This document shows, piece by piece, positions 59,614-64,000 of a DNA stretch of 64,000 bases. Made by a program: the position numbers and the translations under genes. A model generated the notes under the pieces. It saw only the letters and a list, made by a program, of their open reading frames with translations, ran no database searches and was not told the origin of the DNA. Within the stretch, counting starts at the first letter, position 1; each line of letters starts with the position of its first letter. The stretch is from an uncultured Monoglobus sp. (lineage in GTDB: Bacteria > Bacillota > Clostridia > Monoglobales > Monoglobaceae): contig CANRHV010000006.1 in NCBI GenBank assembly GCA_947630505.1, positions 2,589-66,588 of the forward strand. Reading direction: 5' to 3'.

Positions 59614-62600
59614 TTATTTCACAACTCCTTTTGTATCCTCAATCGGTGCTTCACGGCACAAATCAGATATATAAATGAATATCTTATCGTATTCGCTGTC
59701 ACGCAGCGGATAAAGCAAAAGGCCGATAAGCTTATTTTTTTGAAGCTCTGTGTAGCCGCTTACATCATATGCCAGATTAGATAAAACCGATTTTCGCCAT
59801 GAATCTATATCTTCGCATGAATCCTCCGCTATGTCTATTGCGTGACGCGCGGCAAAAAACACGCTGAGAAGATTTAGAAGGTATCTTCTCCTGTTCTTTC
59901 GGTGATTTTTTAAATATGCGGAAAAATTATATTTTACAACTCCCGGTATATTTGAGTTCATTACGCTCTCTCTGATTTTTCTTAATTCCGCAAGATCACC
60001 GTCAAATATTTCGTTCGTCATTATCAGGTCAAGCAGCTCGGCTTCAACATCTTTGTCGTCTTTATAAAGTTCTTCTTCGCCGCTCTTTACAAATGGTTTG
60101 TTTTCCTCGCATTTATCTACTTGACATAAAACAGCCTCAATCCAATCATTCTGGTATACGGCCGCAACGCCTTTCGGAAGTTTGGACAGTTCAACGATCT
60201 GCTGCTCATTAAGGCCTATTGCTTTACCGACAAGGGCTCTGTCTCCATAATCGGGTAATCTAAGAATAATTTTTGTGTTTGTGTTTCGTATAACAGACAT
60301 ATCCATAAGGCCGGGCGACTGATCCGCTATGATAAATCCCTCACCATATGTACGCATTTCGGCTATCGCATTGGCAATCATTTCAACAGATTTTCCAAGA
60401 ATATTGGAGCCTTCGTTGGACTGTTCCGTAGAAGTTCTTTTAAGCAAATTATGAGCTTCCTCCAATACCGTTATGTGCTTTAATTCACTATTGCTTTCAG
60501 TTCCACACGACATATGATATTCCTGAAGCTTCATAACCATAAGACCCATAATAAAAGACTTTGTCTCCTGCGAGCCAATACGACTTAAATCAATTATAAC
60601 GTTTTTGTTAAACAATTCCACATCTGAAACAGTGTTGTTTGTAAAAATCATCTTATAAAATCCGTTTGTCAGAGATTCAACTCTTGTTGCCAATGAGCCG
60701 ATATAATCACTTTTGCTGTCAGCGGAATATGAAGATTCGTTTACAACATTGTATATCTCATTCAAAACATCTTTAAAAGTCGGATATAATGTGTTGTCTA
60801 TTTTGTTTTCGGAAGTCATCAAGTCCCATCCGCAGACTTCATAGGCCCGCTCAACCGCTTTTTTCAAAACGGCCGGCATTGCGGCGTACATAGGCCAACA
60901 GACGCTAAAAATCTCAATTAGCCTGTCAAGATGCTCCAAAATATGTATACCCTTCGCAAAGGAAAACGGATTAATTCGCAAAAGTCGTGAAATATTGGGA
61001 TTCGTCCCGTAGACGTAAACATCCTCTCTTCCTCCGAAAACATCCTTATATTCGCCTTTGGCGGGCTCAACAACAAGAAACTTTACACCGTTGCGTTCTA
61101 CTGCTTCATTCAGGATTTTATATACTGTATTGGACTTGCCCGATCCGGTAGAGCCGGTAACAAACGTATGAGAGGCAAGACTGTCCAAATCAAGTTTCAC
61201 CCTATCGCCCGATGCTTTACCCATGTGATAAATTCTTCCCATATTTGCGGAACGCTTATGAGCGGCGTCGGAAAGTCTGTATATGTTTCTGCCAAACGGA
61301 GCGGTTTCAACTACCGAGATCCCGTTTACTGATTTTTTTGGAAGCGCTGTCTGTACCGCAAGCTCCTGTCCGGTGACAACCGAACATGCGCTTAGATATA
61401 AGTCAGTATTGTTCGGCTTCAGAAAAATCGGATGAGTAAATCTTGAGAGATATTTTTTAAGCTCTTTAACCTCAGCCGGCTTACCTCTCTCATCCCAAGT
61501 ATTTACATATGAAGCCTGCATGGACGATGACTCGCCATGAATCAAAGCCTTATAATTTGCCGAAACAATGCCGTTTGTTTGGGTATCATCAGAAATTACA
61601 TATGTCGAGGAATTAAAAGCACCATAAACGCGGCAAGACTTGATACGCGCCAAATGCTCGTCAATTTTGCCGAGCAGATCCTGCACGGTTTTATTTATCG
61701 AAGTAATCGTAAGTGAACGACCGCTCTGATCCGAATTCATATTTGTGTCTGTTGCGGATTTTGAACTTCCCACGCTTGTTCCTTTTGTATCCGCTGTTCC
61801 ATGCTGTTCGCTTGTTCCGCCGGATTTACTCTCGGAAGTGGTGTGGCTTTTTGAAAAACCCATTAATCCGGCCATTGATATCATACCTCCAACTATATTT
61901 GTTATCGGATTCGGAATCATTCCTATGGCGGCTCCCAAAACTTTTAAAACGTCAGCGGATGTGGATTTTGTGTCACTTTTCGACGTACTCCAACCGCTGT
62001 TGACACTTGTACTGTTACTGTAGCTCACACTCTGATTGATGCTTTTGGTTATTGATGTTGTGTCACTATGCGAAGTTCCTATTGTCTTTGATTCGTTATA
62101 GGAATAAGCGCTTTTCGCATACGGTGAAAGCTGTGTGTAAAGCATCTCATAGCCGAGTTCCATTCTGTCAAGTTCAGCGGGCTGAATCGGATCAGCGATC
62201 ATAATCGCTGTATATTTTTTCCCCGAAAGAGCGTCAATCATATTTTCAACACCCTGGGTATATGCTTTAATTTCGTCCCTGTTCTTTTTTCGGAGCGACG
62301 GTATCGCGGAGACGGAGGAAACTACTTTTCCCGATGTATCTCCCGTTATGCTGTTTTTTATTATTTTTTCAATATTTTCCGCGTCAATATTGTTTAAATA
62401 CGAGCCCGGAAAATTGCCGTTAAATGCACCCTCAAGCGTTTCACCGGCCACACTTCCGTCCTCTTCGCTTCTGTTTACAGCCCCGATGTAAAAGTCCGTT
62501 TTTTCGCCGTTGCTGTCTATGATGGTAATAACAGTCATACCGTTGGTAAATGCAACATTAAGCGCCGTGCCGAGTTTATCTATCACGCTTTCATCTTTCT

Positions 62601-62802
62601 GATAAACAAATTTATCAAGCTTATACAGCCGCATACTCTTGATAATGTCTTTCTGCAATATTTCATCATCAATTTGCAGTACATCATAATCCGAAAGTTC
62701 AGCAAGATAGTTTTTCGTTATTACCATATTCATTTTTTCGGTTGCGGATTCAAGAGCCGCGCTGTCTCTTATATCAAGAGAATTATTGTTGGTCAAAACC
62801 AC
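59614..62802 (-). CDS. HerA/FtsK-superfamily ATPase (DUF87/DUF853-like), 1062 aa, with a large N-terminal region
   Basis: Walker A VTGSTGSGKSNT, LVVEPAKGEY, Walker B VLEEAHNLL, EMRTYGEGFIIADQSP, NTNTKIILRL; RBS GGAGG. Confidence 0.9.
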   Translation of the reverse strand: MVLTNNNSLDIRDSAALESATEKMNMVITKNYLAELSDYDVLQIDDEILQKDIIKSMRLYKLDKFVYQKDESVIDKLGTALNVAFTNGMTVITIIDSNGEKTDFYIGAVNRSEEDGSVAGETLEGAFNGNFPGSYLNNIDAENIEKIIKNSITGDTSGKVVSSVSAIPSLRKKNRDEIKAYTQGVENMIDALSGKKYTAIMIADPIQPAELDRMELGYEMLYTQLSPYAKSAYSYNESKTIGTSHSDTTSITKSINQSVSYSNSTSVNSGWSTSKSDTKSTSADVLKVLGAAIGMIPNPITNIVGGMISMAGLMGFSKSHTTSESKSGGTSEQHGTADTKGTSVGSSKSATDTNMNSDQSGRSLTITSINKTVQDLLGKIDEHLARIKSCRVYGAFNSSTYVISDDTQTNGIVSANYKALIHGESSSMQASYVNTWDERGKPAEVKELKKYLSRFTHPIFLKPNNTDLYLSACSVVTGQELAVQTALPKKSVNGISVVETAPFGRNIYRLSDAAHKRSANMGRIYHMGKASGDRVKLDLDSLASHTFVTGSTGSGKSNTVYKILNEAVERNGVKFLVVEPAKGEYKDVFGGREDVYVYGTNPNISRLLRINPFSFAKGIHILEHLDRLIEIFSVCWPMYAAMPAVLKKAVERAYEVCGWDLMTSENKIDNTLYPTFKDVLNEIYNVVNESSYSADSKSDYIGSLATRVESLTNGFYKMIFTNNTVSDVELFNKNVIIDLSRIGSQETKSFIMGLMVMKLQEYHMSCGTESNSELKHITVLEEAHNLLKRTSTEQSNEGSNILGKSVEMIANAIAEMRTYGEGFIIADQSPGLMDMSVIRNTNTKIILRLPDYGDRALVGKAIGLNEQQIVELSKLPKGVAAVYQNDWIEAVLCQVDKCEENKPFVKSGEEELYKDDKDVEAELLDLIMTNEIFDGDLAELRKIRESVMNSNIPGVVKYNFSAYLKNHRKNRRRYLLNLLSVFFAARHAIDIAEDSCEDIDSWRKSVLSNLAYDVSGYTELQKNKLIGLLLYPLRDSEYDKIFIYISDLCREAPIEDTKGVVK

Positions 62803-62829
62803 CCCTCCTTCAGTTTTCGTATCACTGAT

Positions 62830-63567
62830 TTATTTAAAAATGCTTTTTAATAACCAAATAACAGCCCCGATTGCCGCAGCCGCACCCGCCGCTAACGGAA
62901 TAAAAGACGATGGCTGAACGTTCTTTTTATATTCGGGACGAGTATAATTATTTTGATTTGAATTAGTTCTGTTCGTGTTTTCACCAGCTGCCTTTTTTGC
63001 GTTTGCGGTGTCACTCGCGTTTCCTCCGGATGACGTTTTCACCTTCGCGGCATCACTCGCGTTTCCTACGGATGCCGTTTTCACCTTCGCGGCGTCACTC
63101 GCGTTTCCTACGGATGCCGTTTTCACCTTCGCAGTGTCTTTCACATTTCCTCCGGACGCACTGTTCGCTCTGTAGTTTGCGGTGTTTGTCACGGACATTG
63201 GTTTTGAGATATGCTCTGTTTGAGTTTTTTGATTCGCTGTATTACCATAGACCGCTTCACCTATACGAACCGCGTCATTAAAGCGTTCTTTGCAAAAGTT
63301 TATTTTAAGGTTGGTGACCGCATTTATAAAATCATTTGCCGTAAATTGAGTTTTTGACTGAGCAATAAGCTCGGGAGAACCGCTGTATTTCTCAAACATA
63401 TTGGGATAATTCGCGCTAAGCTTCTCTATAACCATCCCGTACTTGCTTATGTCTTCCTTGCTGAAGCTTTTACTCATTAATATATTTGCGGTTCTGGTCC
63501 TCGCCGCAGTTATGTTATTGTTTTTCATATCACCGGATATGCGATCTATAATTTCCTGTGCTGTCAT
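62830..63567 (-). CDS. Hypothetical tail-anchored protein with a 14-aa tandem-repeat linker
   Basis: Helical N-terminus, Ala/Ser/Lys/Asn-rich repeats, C-terminal TM segment FIPLAAGAAAAIGAVIWLLKSIFK; no signal peptide. Confidence 0.75.
   Translation of the reverse strand: MTAQEIIDRISGDMKNNNITAARTRTANILMSKSFSKEDISKYGMVIEKLSANYPNMFEKYSGSPELIAQSKTQFTANDFINAVTNLKINFCKERFNDAVRIGEAVYGNTANQKTQTEHISKPMSVTNTANYRANSASGGNVKDTAKVKTASVGNASDAAKVKTASVGNASDAAKVKTSSGGNASDTANAKKAAGENTNRTNSNQNNYTRPEYKKNVQPSSFIPLAAGAAAAIGAVIWLLKSIFK
63003..63165 (-). repeat. About four copies of a 42-bp in-frame tandem repeat
   Basis: TCACTCGCGTTTCCT recurs at 63011, 63053 and 63095, with a degenerate copy at 63137; encodes (T/S)ASVGNASDAAKVK-type units. 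Confidence 0.9.
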
Positions 63568-63579
63568 TTTTATCACTCC

Positions 63580-64000
63580 TTAAAATTCCATAATATGATT
63601 TATTTTATCCGCAAGCTCTTCTATTTGAGCAAGCTTTTTCTCGTTATTTTTTATTTCCGACTTAAGCTCCTCAACGTTTTTGAGCTTGTCCTCCTGATCC
63701 TGTATGATTTGTTTTATCTTCTCACTGAGTTTGTTAAGGTTGCGCTTAAATATATTCTTGTATTTTTGAACTTCATCTTTAGCATTTTCAAATGTTGTGT
63801 CGATTTCGTTCATCAGCATATTTTCCACATCAGTTATCTCACCGATAATAATGTTATCGGTATCTACAATTTCTCTTTGTCCGATTACGCGCGAGGTTGT
63901 AATATATTTAGGTTTCCATATTTTAAATTTGCCCAAAATTCCTGATCTTTCAGGATTTCTGATTTCATATTCTTCCTCAATATCCTCATAACGGATATTC
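63580..64000 (-). CDS. 3' end of a coiled-coil protein that starts beyond the right edge (possibly a bacterial dynamin-like protein)
   Basis: The frame stays open upstream of the tracked TTG 63936 to the window edge (NIRYEDIEEEYEIRNPERSGILGKFKIWKPK...); long heptad-rich helices. The dynamin identity is a guess, as no GTPase domain is visible. Confidence 0.6.
   Translation of the reverse strand, partial: NIRYEDIEEEYEIRNPERSGILGKFKIWKPKYITTSRVIGQREIVDTDNIIIGEITDVENMLMNEIDTTFENAKDEVQKYKNIFKRNLNKLSEKIKQIIQDQEDKLKNVEELKSEIKNNEKKLAQIEELADKINHIMEF

Noticed and set aside
62975-63281. Plus-strand repetitive ORFs and a possible CRISPR array
   Set aside because: The 42-bp units are contiguous with no unique spacers and stay in frame with the minus-strand gene; no cas genes are present.
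63595-63991. ORFs 63595..63945 (+) and 63797..63991 (+)
   Set aside because: Antisense to the open minus-strand coiled-coil frame.
1-64000. tRNA, rRNA, T-box or riboswitch elements, and IS elements
   Set aside because: All intergenic gaps are short (about 260 bp or less) and showed no cloverleaf, T-box or riboswitch cores, transposases or terminal inverted repeats by eye; an Infernal/tRNAscan run would be decisive.

Overview
Chromosomal segment of a probably spore-forming Clostridia-type Firmicute, mostly housekeeping genes: cls, tcdA, cysE, a LysM-GH18 spore hydrolase, a parE/parC-like topoisomerase pair, a polar amino-acid ABC transporter, ilvB-ilvN-ilvC-cimA-leuC-leuD-leuB, a chrA pair, argG-argH-tal, uppP, clpC/E-smc-ftsY, rplS-lepB-rbgA-rnhB-yraN, an aminotransferase, purB, proC, tmcAL and proB. 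There are three accessory regions. (1) Left edge: a MATE exporter-NRPS operon (starter C domain, A domain running off the window) back-to-back with a lone, intact phage-type tyrosine integrase. (2) Middle: an AT-rich islet with hicAB and an Agr-like LytTR/GHKL pair lacking agrBD. (3) Right edge, the best candidate for an undescribed system: an AT-richer, tightly coupled minus-strand operon of a partial coiled-coil protein (possibly dynamin-like), a tail-anchored repeat protein, a 1062-aa HerA/FtsK-family ATPase with a symmetric Ser/Thr-rich hairpin insert and hydrophobic tip, a stand-alone GH-E (YqcG-CT-like) nuclease with no delivery domain, and a SuFu (YqcF-like) immunity protein. No rRNA, tRNA or CRISPR array was seen. 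Family assignments come from motif recognition and recall, not database searches.
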